A stretch of DNA of 63,927 nucleotides, filler included, from Craspedostauros australis (lineage: Eukaryota): assembly GCA_030167865.1 (NCBI GenBank). It is 9 parts of 9 records of this genome, joined end to end, with 100 filler letters (N's around TTAATTAATTAA, not from the genome) between each part and the next. Parts side by side here need not be neighbours in the genome. Positions count along the whole stretch, not along the records: positions 33,161 to 40,604 come from JALAGF010004540.1; positions 40,705 to 45,398 come from JALAGF010004541.1; positions 45,499 to 51,918 come from JALAGF010004543.1; 6 more parts are not named here. The stretch is one strand, 5' to 3'. Positions within the stretch are counted from its first letter, which is position 1. Each line of letters starts with the position of its first letter. A program made the translations under genes and the position numbers. Under the pieces are notes generated by a model, which searched no databases, was not told the DNA's origin, and worked only from the letters and a program-made list of their open reading frames with translations. Below are positions 37,791 through 48,700 of this stretch, in pieces.

Positions 37791-40571
37791 TTAGAGTTCT
37801 TCGCAGGCAGATTGGAATGGCCCAGGGCAATCCATGGTCGCGTCGTCGATCACGTACGTTTCTGTGTCTGACGCACACAATGGTCCTTGAGCGCAACTGC
37901 TGCAGGTGGCGGCTGTCGTGCACACTCCTGCTCTGATGATGATGTCATTGGTTGCACTGTCAACGTTGCCAAGATTTTCGCACGTATTCGCGCCTGAGCA
38001 GGCACCGTCTTCGATGATTACGTCTCCGACCAATTTATCCCCGTCATGCAATCGAGAGCAAGCGGAATCCCCTTGGCACGCATTCTTTCCGATGAAGACA
38101 CTTGCCACAATCCGTGTCGTGGTTGTAGACCTTTGAGGACCGTGGGAAGCAATGCTACTGCATGCAAATGCTGTATCGCATGCTCCTTCTTCCGCTCGTA
38201 TGTTGCCATAGATATTTCTTCCAAGAAGATTGCAACTCTCCTCTGCAAGGCAAGCTCTTGGTCCGATCACCCTGAATCCGACTTCGACACCAGCATCTGG
38301 CTCACCTTTGGAAAAACCGCCTAACCTATGGCAGGCATATGTGCCTTTGCAACTGTCAAGTATGATTGCATTGGGACGTATGGATATGCAGGCATCAGAC
38401 CTGGTACACGACCCCGAGCTCACCGTTATCACATCGTCATCATCAGAGTCAATGGTGCAAGCATCGTTGCCACTACAGCATCTGTCATTGCACGCATTCG
38501 TCACCACAGACGCGCTGCCAGTGAAGAGCTTCTTGTCCTCGGTCGCGAATGCCAACAATGTTTTGGTCACACTTTCTTCGTTCTTGATCTTATCAAAGCG
38601 TTCCTGCGCCACCTCCAACGCCACAGGCCGTGGAGGGTCTGCACCATTACATCCAAAGATGCTTTTGACCATCTTTCGCTTCCCCTCATCAGTCAGAGCA
38701 TCAACCATGGAGACGAATTCCGCACATGTGCCTGTTGAACCATCGCATAATACGTCACCATCGACGAGATTGAACACTGATGTGTCGTTACCCGGTGTTG
38801 AGAGACATCCGACAGTCAAGGATGCTGGGGGGAGAGTTGGGGTGGATGTTGGAGCTGCTGTGGGACGTGATGTGACAGGTGTGGGGAAAGGGGTGGGGGA
38901 AAAGGTTGGACAGTCTGTGGGCAAAGTGTTCTTGCCAATACAGTACTCCTCCACCTTGTCACCAGTAGGATTGCCACCGGAGCTGCTGTCTCCCTTTGGG
39001 CAGGCCTCATCNACATCGCTGATGAAGTAGAATTCATCGGGGCTGCACTCTGTCTTTGTCATACAGCCTCTGCAGACTTCGACACTGCTGCATCCACCAG
39101 GAGGGACAAGGAGGTCAGTTTTCATCCTGTCACTGAAGCCCATCTTCTCGCATGACCCATCGGCAGTGCAACCACCAGTACCAATGGTCAGGCTGCCTGT
39201 CAGCTTGCCAGCAGTACCATGGTTGACAGTTGAATGGGCATCCTTGCAGGCGTTGCTGCCAACGCACGCATTCGCCCCGATGTCGATGTGGCTGCGGAAG
39301 CGATATGATGGTGCCTTCTGCACAACGCGGCGGCCGGCTGAGTTGCATGCGTCTGATCCGATGCATGCGCCGGTCTGGATGGTGACATCACCATGGGAGC
39401 GGCGTCCCACTCCCTCACAAGATTGAGGGGTGGTCCATGCCATCTCACCGACGAAGGTGATTCCCGTGATGAAGGGATTGATCTCGTTCTCATTCATCAA
39501 CTCGCATGCACTTGTGCCAGTGCAGGAGGAATCGAGAATGAGGGGATTGGGGCCCATATCTTTGCATGCGCTGTCGCCGGTGCAGGCAGTGATGGCGATG
39601 GTCATGAATGGAGAGGATTTGGAGGCGGAACCGGTGACTGAGGTGCATCCCAAGGGTCCTTGGCAGCATGGGGTGGCGACGAGAGGTGGCCGGGCCATTC
39701 CGATGGTCATGCACGCCTCCTTCATTGCATCTGGTCGTTCGGTGACGAGGAGCGGCTTGGTAGCAGCGATCAGGACCAATTGGCCAGCGAGCATGTCGTC
39801 CGATGCGTACTTGTTGAATAGCTTGCGTGCAGCTCCTTCGCCGAGGTCTCCTGCGCACCCAAAGAAGTTTTGCAGTTGCTCGGATTCCTTGACGGCGGTG
39901 ATGGCCTCGCGGCAGGATGGCTTGTTCGCATCGCAGATGATGGTCTTGGCGGTCGCCTCTTCTGGTGTGAGGACGGTCACACCATCCGGCTTGCAAACGA
40001 CTTCGATGTTGGAATCGAAGATGGCTGGGGGAGCTGATGGCTTGGCAGTTGGTAGGAGGGTTGGCTGGGAGGTTGGTGAAGAGGTTGGTTGGGTGACAGG
40101 GCGCGTTGAGGGCGTTGAGGGCGTGCCAGACGGCGACGCAGTTGTTGGAGGAGTCTCTTTGTCGGTAGGTGAAGAGGTCGGGATGAGAGCAATGGAGGTT
40201 GAAGGTATGAGCGTCGGACGGGCGGATTCATCCACAACGCCGCAACCATCGCAACCATCGCCGTCGTCGCCTCTGTCGTTGGCGTTGGTGTTCTTGTTCA
40301 TCTTCGTGGACTTGGTTTCACCTTCATCGAAGTTACCATCGTTGTTGAGAACGGAGGCCTTGAGCATGCGGTTGACCCACAAGGCGAGATGCATCTCGTC
40401 GCTTGCGTCCATGGCCTCGGCAGTGGCCTCATCCGTGGTCCCATCTGTGACCGTATCCGCGTACTTCTTCGCCTGATTCTCCGCGTGCTTGTCTCCTCGG
40501 AGACCAGCTTCGGCCATTGCCGAGTTGGAGATGATGGCGGCGCTGATGATGACTGCTTTGATGTACATCAT
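37791..40571 (-). CDS. Secreted Cys-rich protein with two modules of C-x-G-x-x-[AS]-C repeats and Pro/Thr linkers
   Basis: Signal peptide, GLRG and RML motifs, PTxxP tracts, repeats such as ACTGDSAC, SCTGTSAC, ACIGSDAC, ACVGSNAC. Confidence 0.85.
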   Translation of the reverse strand: MMYIKAVIISAAIISNSAMAEAGLRGDKHAENQAKKYADTVTDGTTDEATAEAMDASDEMHLALWVNRMLKASVLNNDGNFDEGETKSTKMNKNTNANDRGDDGDGCDGCGVVDESARPTLIPSTSIALIPTSSPTDKETPPTTASPSGTPSTPSTRPVTQPTSSPTSQPTLLPTAKPSAPPAIFDSNIEVVCKPDGVTVLTPEEATAKTIICDANKPSCREAITAVKESEQLQNFFGCAGDLGEGAARKLFNKYASDDMLAGQLVLIAATKPLLVTERPDAMKEACMTIGMARPPLVATPCCQGPLGCTSVTGSASKSSPFMTIAITACTGDSACKDMGPNPLILDSSCTGTSACELMNENEINPFITGITFVGEMAWTTPQSCEGVGRRSHGDVTIQTGACIGSDACNSAGRRVVQKAPSYRFRSHIDIGANACVGSNACKDAHSTVNHGTAGKLTGSLTIGTGGCTADGSCEKMGFSDRMKTDLLVPPGGCSSVEVCRGCMTKTECSPDEFYFISDXDEACPKGDSSSGGNPTGDKVEEYCIGKNTLPTDCPTFSPTPFPTPVTSRPTAAPTSTPTLPPASLTVGCLSTPGNDTSVFNLVDGDVLCDGSTGTCAEFVSMVDALTDEGKRKMVKSIFGCNGADPPRPVALEVAQERFDKIKNEESVTKTLLAFATEDKKLFTGSASVVTNACNDRCCSGNDACTIDSDDDDVITVSSGSCTRSDACISIRPNAIILDSCKGTYACHRLGGFSKGEPDAGVEVGFRVIGPRACLAEESCNLLGRNIYGNIRAEEGACDTAFACSSIASHGPQRSTTTTRIVASVFIGKNACQGDSACSRLHDGDKLVGDVIIEDGACSGANTCENLGNVDSATNDIIIRAGVCTTAATCSSCAQGPLCASDTETYVIDDATMDCPGPFQSACEEL

Positions 40572-40703
40572 GGTTGCTCGATGTTTCTTGGTTGTTGATT
40601 GTTGNNNNNNNNNNNNNNNNNNNNNNNNNNNNNNNNNNNNNNNNNNNNTTAATTAATTAANNNNNNNNNNNNNNNNNNNNNNNNNNNNNNNNNNNNNNNN
40701 NNN

Positions 40704-41239
40704 NGTAGATTCAATACCATGATCAATGCTGACCGATCCGGGTGGTGCCTTACATGTCCAGCATTCGAAGATAGAACTCTGATTGCAAGCATCTTCAATG
40801 CTATCGATACCATGAATCGCATAGATGTCTCGATTACTTGTTTTCGACGAATAGCCAACCTTAAAGCAGGCATCTCACAATGACTGGCGTGCTTGTTATT
40901 CCATTCAACGATGTCAATTGTTGGAAGAAGTGTGAATGTAGCAACGAGAAGGAGGCCATTGATGCTCTTTGCCATCAAGTATACTCTACAATAAGCAGTT
41001 CAGGTGATTTTATGGTGGAGGAACATGCGATAGAAGTATGACCTTAACTTGGAACAGTGCAACCGAGTGTGTGCCTAAGTATGATGTACACTATTGTGCC
41101 AATCAAACTCAGGACTGCGTTTTCAGAAGTCTAACTTTGTGTCTACTTTGGGTAGACATTGGTCGTCTGTCGTGCATACGTCGGATTTTTGTGCGCACCG
41201 AAGTCTGCGGTGCGATTTCCAACAATACCGCAACCTCCA
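40704..41239 (-). repeat. Dispersed repeat A (copy 2)
   Basis: Diverged direct copy of 1-557 with the same end point. Confidence 0.75.
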
Positions 41240-42216
41240 AGAGAGTTCTCTTTTGGCCACAATCAACCCAACACCAATCCGAAGCAAACAACGTAAAAGT
41301 CTTCGGAAACACAGAGAGCTGTCATCGTCGCCACCACCATGTGCACTATGACCCACGCTTGCTTGCGTCATCGTGGCATCTGCAAGACCGCTGACCCCCG
41401 TCCGCCTGCCATCGCAAGCACCAACTTGAGGTGTGAGCCAATGCCTCGAACAACCATGAAGCCACCAATGTGACTGCCTTGGTTGGTTTCAACCCATCTC
41501 ATTTGGATTTGGCTGGTTGCCATCCCACCGCATTGCAACAATCACCATCCGCGCAGGCAACAAGAGTCCTCAACATCCAACCAACACCACATTGCGTATT
41601 GGGATGAGTTGGCATGTTCGGCAAGCATCAGGCGGAGCGATACCGTGCCGCCTCCACTGTTCCTGCTGCATGGACCACCAACATACAATACCATGCGCGT
41701 TCTATCCACAGGCAGAAGCACCGCCGTCTTGGCTCGTGACTCCCAGAGCATCGATGCTCAACCGAGGTGATCGACAGGAACATCCGTCTCATCAACGAAG
41801 TTGGGATCACCACAAAGGAGGATATGTGGGTATACGGTGCGCGCATGGGCCATGGATCGCTGGCCGTGTGCTTCTTGTGCTGTATGGAACTCTGTGTCAA
41901 CCATGATCCGCAATACAGTACTCGCACTCTGCATGGGGTTGCTTGTTGGTTGGTTGATTCGTTGGTTTCTTCTGTTGCTCGTCAAGCTCTCTGGATGCTT
42001 GGACTGCACTGTCTTGTCGGTTCTTGTCTTTCCGCCACGCTGGCACTGCTCGCTTCGAAGATTGGAATGGATGGTGGCCCTGGCAATTGTTGCTGTAACC
42101 GCGAGTGATCGCTCCTCTTCGGACTTGGCAAGGGTCTCGATTGCAGTTTTGGCGCAATGGGAGGAGCGCAACTCATGGAAAGATGAGGACAATAGCGTGA
42201 TACCGGACAGTCGATG

Positions 42217-45200
42217 GAACCGTGCAGCAACCATGCTCCTCACGGCTTCTCACCATTTCTCTCTGCCTTGTTCGCCATGGGCTCTTCGTAGATCGTCTCT
42301 TCCAGCAACTTGGATCGACTGGCATTGGCACTGTCGCTTTGAATCTGCTTGGCAGTGTGACTTGGAGTGGAGTGCTCTGTGTGTGAATCCGGCGGCATGG
42401 TGACAACCGCACAGCTTGTGATAATGCTGCTGCCATGCGTCCATTGTCTGCGCAACGAACCAACAACGATGCTGATGGCGGAGTGCGGATGGAACCACAG
42501 ATGTCCAATCTGCTTGTGAATGACATTGGCAACACCCCTGCGTGCGTATGTATCGCAGAGAGCAGACCAGACTAGTCGTAGACAAGGTGGAGGCAGCGTG
42601 GGAGCAGTGTCCAGCCCTTCAATCTCTAGAGACGTCCGGTGACTTCATCACAGCGTTCTATTGCATCAGCAGATATAGTGCATGCGGTACTGTTCCAAAC
42701 ATACGTAGAGAAGTGCAGTTTATTCGTAGGTGTATTACATACAGGGATGTGGATCTACCATACCTCTATGAGTATGATACGAGTACGGAGCGGCCCCTCC
42801 ATCTCATTCCATCCCATCGTGTCGTGATGCATCACGGGGTGGGAGTTTTGGTACCATTCATCAAGGGATGGTGGCACTGAGACGCGCTCTTTCTCCTGAC
42901 CACTTTCTTTTATGTGAGTTGCAGTGGTTTTGTGCCAGACAGCTTCTCATGGTAGACAGCATCGCGAGTTGACGATCTGCTTCGTCCACGGCGATTTGAT
43001 TGAAGGGCCCCGCGTGATGATGAACGTTTGTTGGCATGTTGTTGTTCGCCATGCCATCCATTCTCATCTCGCTCATTGCTGTGCTGTTCGACACTGTAAT
43101 TTCGATATCCTCTTGATCTGCTTCGTGGTCGCGCCGATGGTGATCGTTCATGGGAGGACTTCCTTCGCTGATCTTCGGCACGTGGTATCAATTGGCTACG
43201 GCCACGTTGATTTGGCCTTTGCGAACTTCTTCGGTCGTGCTTTCGGGAAGGTGAGCCCTTGCGCCATTGCAAACCAGTACCGGTGGAGTGCGCATTTGAG
43301 TTGGCTTCGCGTGAACGTGAGGCTGCGTTCGCGTCATCCGAACTGCCAGATGTTCCTTGTCGCCGTGATGATGGCGATGAGTCCATCGATACTTGCGCAG
43401 TTCTTCTGCGGCCGCGGTCGGACGGGCTTCGACGACTCCACGCTGATGACGAGCAGCGGCTTCTTCCAGAGGAGGAAGTGTGAATTGCTCCGTCACGACG
43501 ATGGCGCAATGATGTCGAATGCTCCACACTCTTTGATCTTGACAATGTTGAATGCAGCTTGCCACTGGTGTGCTGTGCGCTTCTCCGCCAATGCCGTGGC
43601 GACGGTGATCTCGATGGTAATATCAATGGTGATGACACACTTCATGTTTTGCTGGAGTGGTGACGTCGGGGCCCATTGCCAAGCACCTTGGAGATCCTTT
43701 CCTTCATCTCATCGCGCAGAGCACCCGTGCTTCGTCCACATGAACGTCGTTGCTTTGGGTCTTCGCTTGGGCGCAACGAACTGCATGCAGATCTGTTGCG
43801 AGAAGGAGCCCCTCGTTCCTTCTTGCTCGATTGCAATTCGATTCCCAAACTCAAGGCTCCAGGACTGGATGGGGCTTGGGGTTGTGGCCGAGACACCTCC
43901 ATGTTCGTGGTTGCGTTCGAACTGTTGAAGATTGAGTTTGGATTTGGACTGTGATGATGATGACGGTGGCGACGGCGATGATGATGGCGACGATGATGGT
44001 GCCTTTGCGGATGCTTCAGTCAAGGCAAGATCGGCAAATTGCGATGGTCGACATTCGAGAGATGGTCGCTGCTTCGATTTGGCAGGATTGATCGACGCCA
44101 CTTCACGTAATGATGATCGTTTGACCTTGAGGATGCTTGCCAACATCGACCTGCGCTTGTTCAACGACCAAGACTGCTGTCTCTATTCATGTGTGCGGGC
44201 TGAAGGGGCTGGTGTAGATGCCGCGCTCCGACCTTCAGGCGTGACAGGGGCCGCGGAGCTTCTCCCATCGCTCGTTGCAGCAGCACTTGGCGCAACGTCG
44301 ACGCTGTCATCGTCGTGGAGACTTGGCAGATTGGAGAGTGACTCCAGGCTCTTGCTGCGTATCTTTTTCGTTGTTGCAACTCGAGGTAGAGCCGGGGTGC
44401 TGGCTGTACTCATCGCGCCTGGTGTGTCTGTTGTGTATGTTGTGCCTGGCATGTGGTGTCCGTCCTTCGAGAATTCCAAACTCTTGTTCCTCGATTTGTC
44501 GCTACTGGTCGTTCCGTTGGAATTCGTTCTTGGCCTTGGCCTGCTTCTCCGACTCTGGGCAAGCTTCGTCTTGTCTTGACTGCTCCGTTCGCGGGTTGCG
44601 CCAAGTGCTGGGGCTGTGGCGAAGCTGAGTCCACCTGGGGTGTTTGGCGTCTGTATGGATTCATTGTTGTTGAACTTGCTGGGATCAAGGTAGCTGAATG
44701 ACATCTCGTGAGCTTGCATGTTGAGCATGTCCAGACTCTTCGCACGTGATGGTTTCACAGCTGAAGCTTTCGCATCTTTCGCTGTACTTCTATTGGCACT
44801 GCTTGGTGTATCTGTGCTGACACTGGCACGACAACCTGATTTTGCAGCTGCTTTGGCCTCTTTTGCAACGCTGGTGGGCTTGCTCGCCTTCGATTTCGTG
44901 TCGGCCTGTTGCGGTTGCTTGGTCTCCGTTTGTTTCTCTGCTATCAGTCTGACACCGTCCTCTTCCAGCAACTTCGATCGTCATGATCACATGACCGCAC
45001 GGGCTGGACGAAGGTTCGAACAGAGTATCTATAAGGCTGGACGCTTTGCTGTGACAACTCCCAGAGTAGATCGTACTCATGGAAGGTTCCATAGTAATAC
45101 TCATAGTCGTACGACGAGTGGATCAAGGTGCGGAGCAACTGGCGAGCCTTCCCACAGTTCCTCTTGGATGTCGATGACTCATCATCTTGTCTGATTGTTT

Positions 45201-45398
45201 GTGTTGGTGTTTGCGTCGGTGGTACCAATTGTGAAGGGATACGGCACTGTTGGAGGGGTTGCCATCGCCATCATCATCGTCAAACAGAGTTGCATTGCGC
45301 GAAGACAACAGCGAGGTGATGTTCGTTGTGAGTGTTTGTGTGCGTCACTGGTTGAATGAACAACGGATGGCAGACAGACGAGTACTCAACAAACGCGC
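42217..45398 (-). repeat. 3.2-kb duplicated segment (copy 2, inverted)
   Basis: Reverse-complement match to 12708-15889; runs into a gap at 45399. Confidence 0.9.
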
Positions 45399-45497
45399 NN
45401 NNNNNNNNNNNNNNNNNNNNNNNNNNNNNNNNNNNNNNNNNNTTAATTAATTAANNNNNNNNNNNNNNNNNNNNNNNNNNNNNNNNNNNNNNNNNNN

Positions 45498-45689
45498 NGT
45501 TGAGAGTTGAGCATGGATTGCCACGCAAGAAACCAACGCTCCTCCTCGTTGCCAACAACGCGAATAGACCACAGATCAAAGTGTGAGAGTCTGTGTCAGA
45601 TGGAGAAACAGAGGATTTATGAGGTTGTTCTGCTGTTGTGGAGAAGGCAGACACAGCTGTGCCAGACTGACGTCGGCCAGACTATGACA
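45498..45689 (-). repeat. 3' LTR (partial) of the copia element
   Basis: Begins TGTCA directly after polypurine tract GTGGGGGGG (45698-45690), about 65 nt past the pol stop; cut by a gap. Confidence 0.75.
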
Positions 45690-45756
45690 CCCCCCCACGG
45701 TCGCTGGGTGGAAAACCCAGTGACCGGAACAACTCGATTAAATGTATNATGTAAAA

Positions 45757-48700
45757 CTAGGCCTCAAGCCTAGCAGCAGACCACACCGGCACGAGTGCAC
45801 CGGAAACGTTGTCCCAGTGCCTAAAGAACGTGGGCGGAGCCGTCTGCTTGGTGCCCATGTCGGCAGCATTCACAGTTGTGTCGATGTCCATGAACGCGAT
45901 GAGTTCGTTTTCGACCCACTGCTGTACGGCAAAATGCCGAATCTCAACATGTCGCGTGCGTCTTGAGGGCTGCCCAGCATTCGCTATCATGAGGGCCCCT
46001 TGGTTGTCTTCGTACAGGACAGTTGCCCGCACTTGTGGCACACCGAGCTCTTCCAGCGTACATCGCAGGCACAGGGCCATGCGACCCGCATCAGAGGCGC
46101 AGAGCAATTCAGCCTCAGTGCTGGACATTGCCACTGTAGGCTGCACTCTCGCTTTCCACGCGACCGTGGCGCCTGCCAGCTTGAAGACGATGCTGGAAAC
46201 GGACCTGCGATGCCGAGTATCGGTGGCCCAGTCGCTATCGGCGTACCCGTAGAGGACAGAAGGATCTTCATCGGGATGGCGATGAAAGACACCATCCTGA
46301 ACCGCAACGGCGGCCGGCAAAGGAAGGTCCGGAAGGTCCACGACCCGCCTAGTGCGATGGTACGTGACCCCGCGATCCATCGTGCCATGAAGATACCGGA
46401 AGATTCGCTTGACCGCCGTAAAGTGCAAAGCTGAAGGCCGTGCTGAGAACTGCGAGAGCTTGACCACGGGGAAAGTGATGTCTGGACGACAAGTCACCAT
46501 GGGCCAGATAAGCTCACCAATAGCCTGCCGATATGACCCAAACTTGGCTTGTATCTTGCGAAGCTCACCAGATTCGAGTGCCTCCGCATCATCCAGAGCC
46601 TTGACATGAGCGTTGCTGGCCGCCATGGGAAGTTCAGTGTCATGCATGTCGTCCCAATCATGACGCCGGAATACCTTGCCGAGGTAGGTGGCGTTGTGCA
46701 TGGTGATATGCGTGGATGTTTGAATGATGTCGGCCCCATTGAAGTGCTGGAGTAAACCGAAACGTTTCATGGGCACGAAGAGAAACCCATCAAGTTCATC
46801 ACAGATCGCCCCAAACGTGTCAGCACTGTCGCATGCGATGGCGAAGTCGTCAACTTGTCTGAGGAACAGAACATCGCGCCCGTTGTATGTGGCCCTGTAA
46901 AGGCACGGTGCATGCGTGGTCGGCTTGAACCCCATGCGCTGCAGTTGAGCATCGATGTGTCTTGCCCACTGTTGGGGCGCCTCAGGATGTCCTTGAAGGT
47001 TCTTGCAGATGGGAATGACATGTCCCTTCGGAATGGGTGGCTTGCCTTTCGACTTCCACCAGTTGGCGAATGGTATGTCCACGTGCATGAAGTANNNNNN
47101 NNNNNNNNNNNNNNNNNNNNNNNNNNNNNNNNNNACATCGGCGCCGTAGATTTTCTTGTTTTCCAAAGCCGAGATGGCCACAAAAAGTCGAAAATCCGTA
47201 GCATCCGGTGTCGCAGTGAAGGTGTGCCCAGTGACGACGGCCTTGCCTGCGCGAGGAGATCCATCGCACACTGCGCGAGCCTTGCGCCGCGTCTCAGTGG
47301 GATTCTGTTTGAGCACGTAGACCCAGACCCAATGGAACACTTGATCACCGCCCTGAGCAGCCACTGGGTTGCCGAACATGCCCTGGTCGTCGTATTGCTG
47401 GAGCTGTTGAAACTCAGATTGCTCCCAAAGCTCCCAGTCGTCTTGACCACGCAACGCTCGTCGTGTGAGCTTGAGCGCCACTCGATGACGTGAAGATGAG
47501 TCGTCACCGCCGTCGTCTTTGGCGGCACGGCACAGCGCCCGGATGTCTCGCCACTGGTCGAAGTACAGTTGTACCAGACCACGAGCGGACAGAGTGTTGC
47601 GGATGGCGTCAAAAGCGAACGTGAAGGTGGCTTGAGTCTCACCAAGTCCTCGAGCGTCACGGACGACCGCCTCAAGTTCCGGCAGGTCGCATACTGGTAG
47701 GCCATTGACCGCTAGCAAGTATGCGCCGCGAAGCCGTGATTTCCACTGGGGTACACGCCGTGCGCGCTGCCCAGAAGAAATGTCGAAGAGTCGAAGCCTC
47801 TCACGGTGATTTTTCGAGTTCCACTCGATGCCCGCATGCGGATGGTTGCCGAATAACGGTATGTCCACGTCGAAAGACTTGTCATACGGATGGCCGGACA
47901 TGTCCAGCATCATGACGTCGTTCATGGGTGGTTTGGCATGCACGGTTGCAGCAGACGCAGCCGGCGCGATGTGGAATCCATCACGGAGAGGTAGCGGAAC
48001 GAAACTTGCACCTTGAATCCCAGGCAGGACTTTGAGCTTGTCCAGTGTTGGTTGAACGGCGAAAGGTGGACCATCAACTTCTGGCTCCGCAGCCGCATCT
48101 TTGACAGGTGCCTCAACCTGTTCAGCACCCAGGTCGAAGAGAAGTTGGGCTGAGGGTGGACGATCCGTGCACATGTAGTGCGCCTCATCGAACACCACGG
48201 AACCACCAACCTTGACAGTGCCGGAGTCCAGATCGATGTACCGAATATTGACTCCATCGCCCATGAATCCAAGGAAGATCCCGCTGTATGTGTGCACATC
48301 CAGCTTTCGGATGGCTTTGTCCGGCTTGCGAACCGTGACGCGAGATCCAAATACCCTCAAATGTGCAATATCGGGGATATTGCTGTTGAGCGCTTCGTAC
48401 GGCGTTTTGCCAATGGCAGCATGCCACATGCGATTGCGCAGATACGCAGCATGTAGCAGCGCGGCCGACCAATACTGCGGTGGCAGACCAGCCCCATACA
48501 GCATGGCACGAACCATGACCGCGTATACGCGATTGAGTCTCTCAGCCTTGCCATTTCGATGATGTACACCGGCGCCCGTTGGTTCGAGGACGTACCCAGC
48601 ATCACGAATCATTTCCGCGAATGCTCGGGACGTGTACAGCTCACCACCATGGTCCACTCGAATGGCACGGTAGCCGTCCTTCCGACCGAACCGTTGGAGG

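Noticed and set aside
38230..40476. Long plus-strand ORFs (266 and 348 aa)
   Set aside because: Antisense shadows of the Cys-rich gene.
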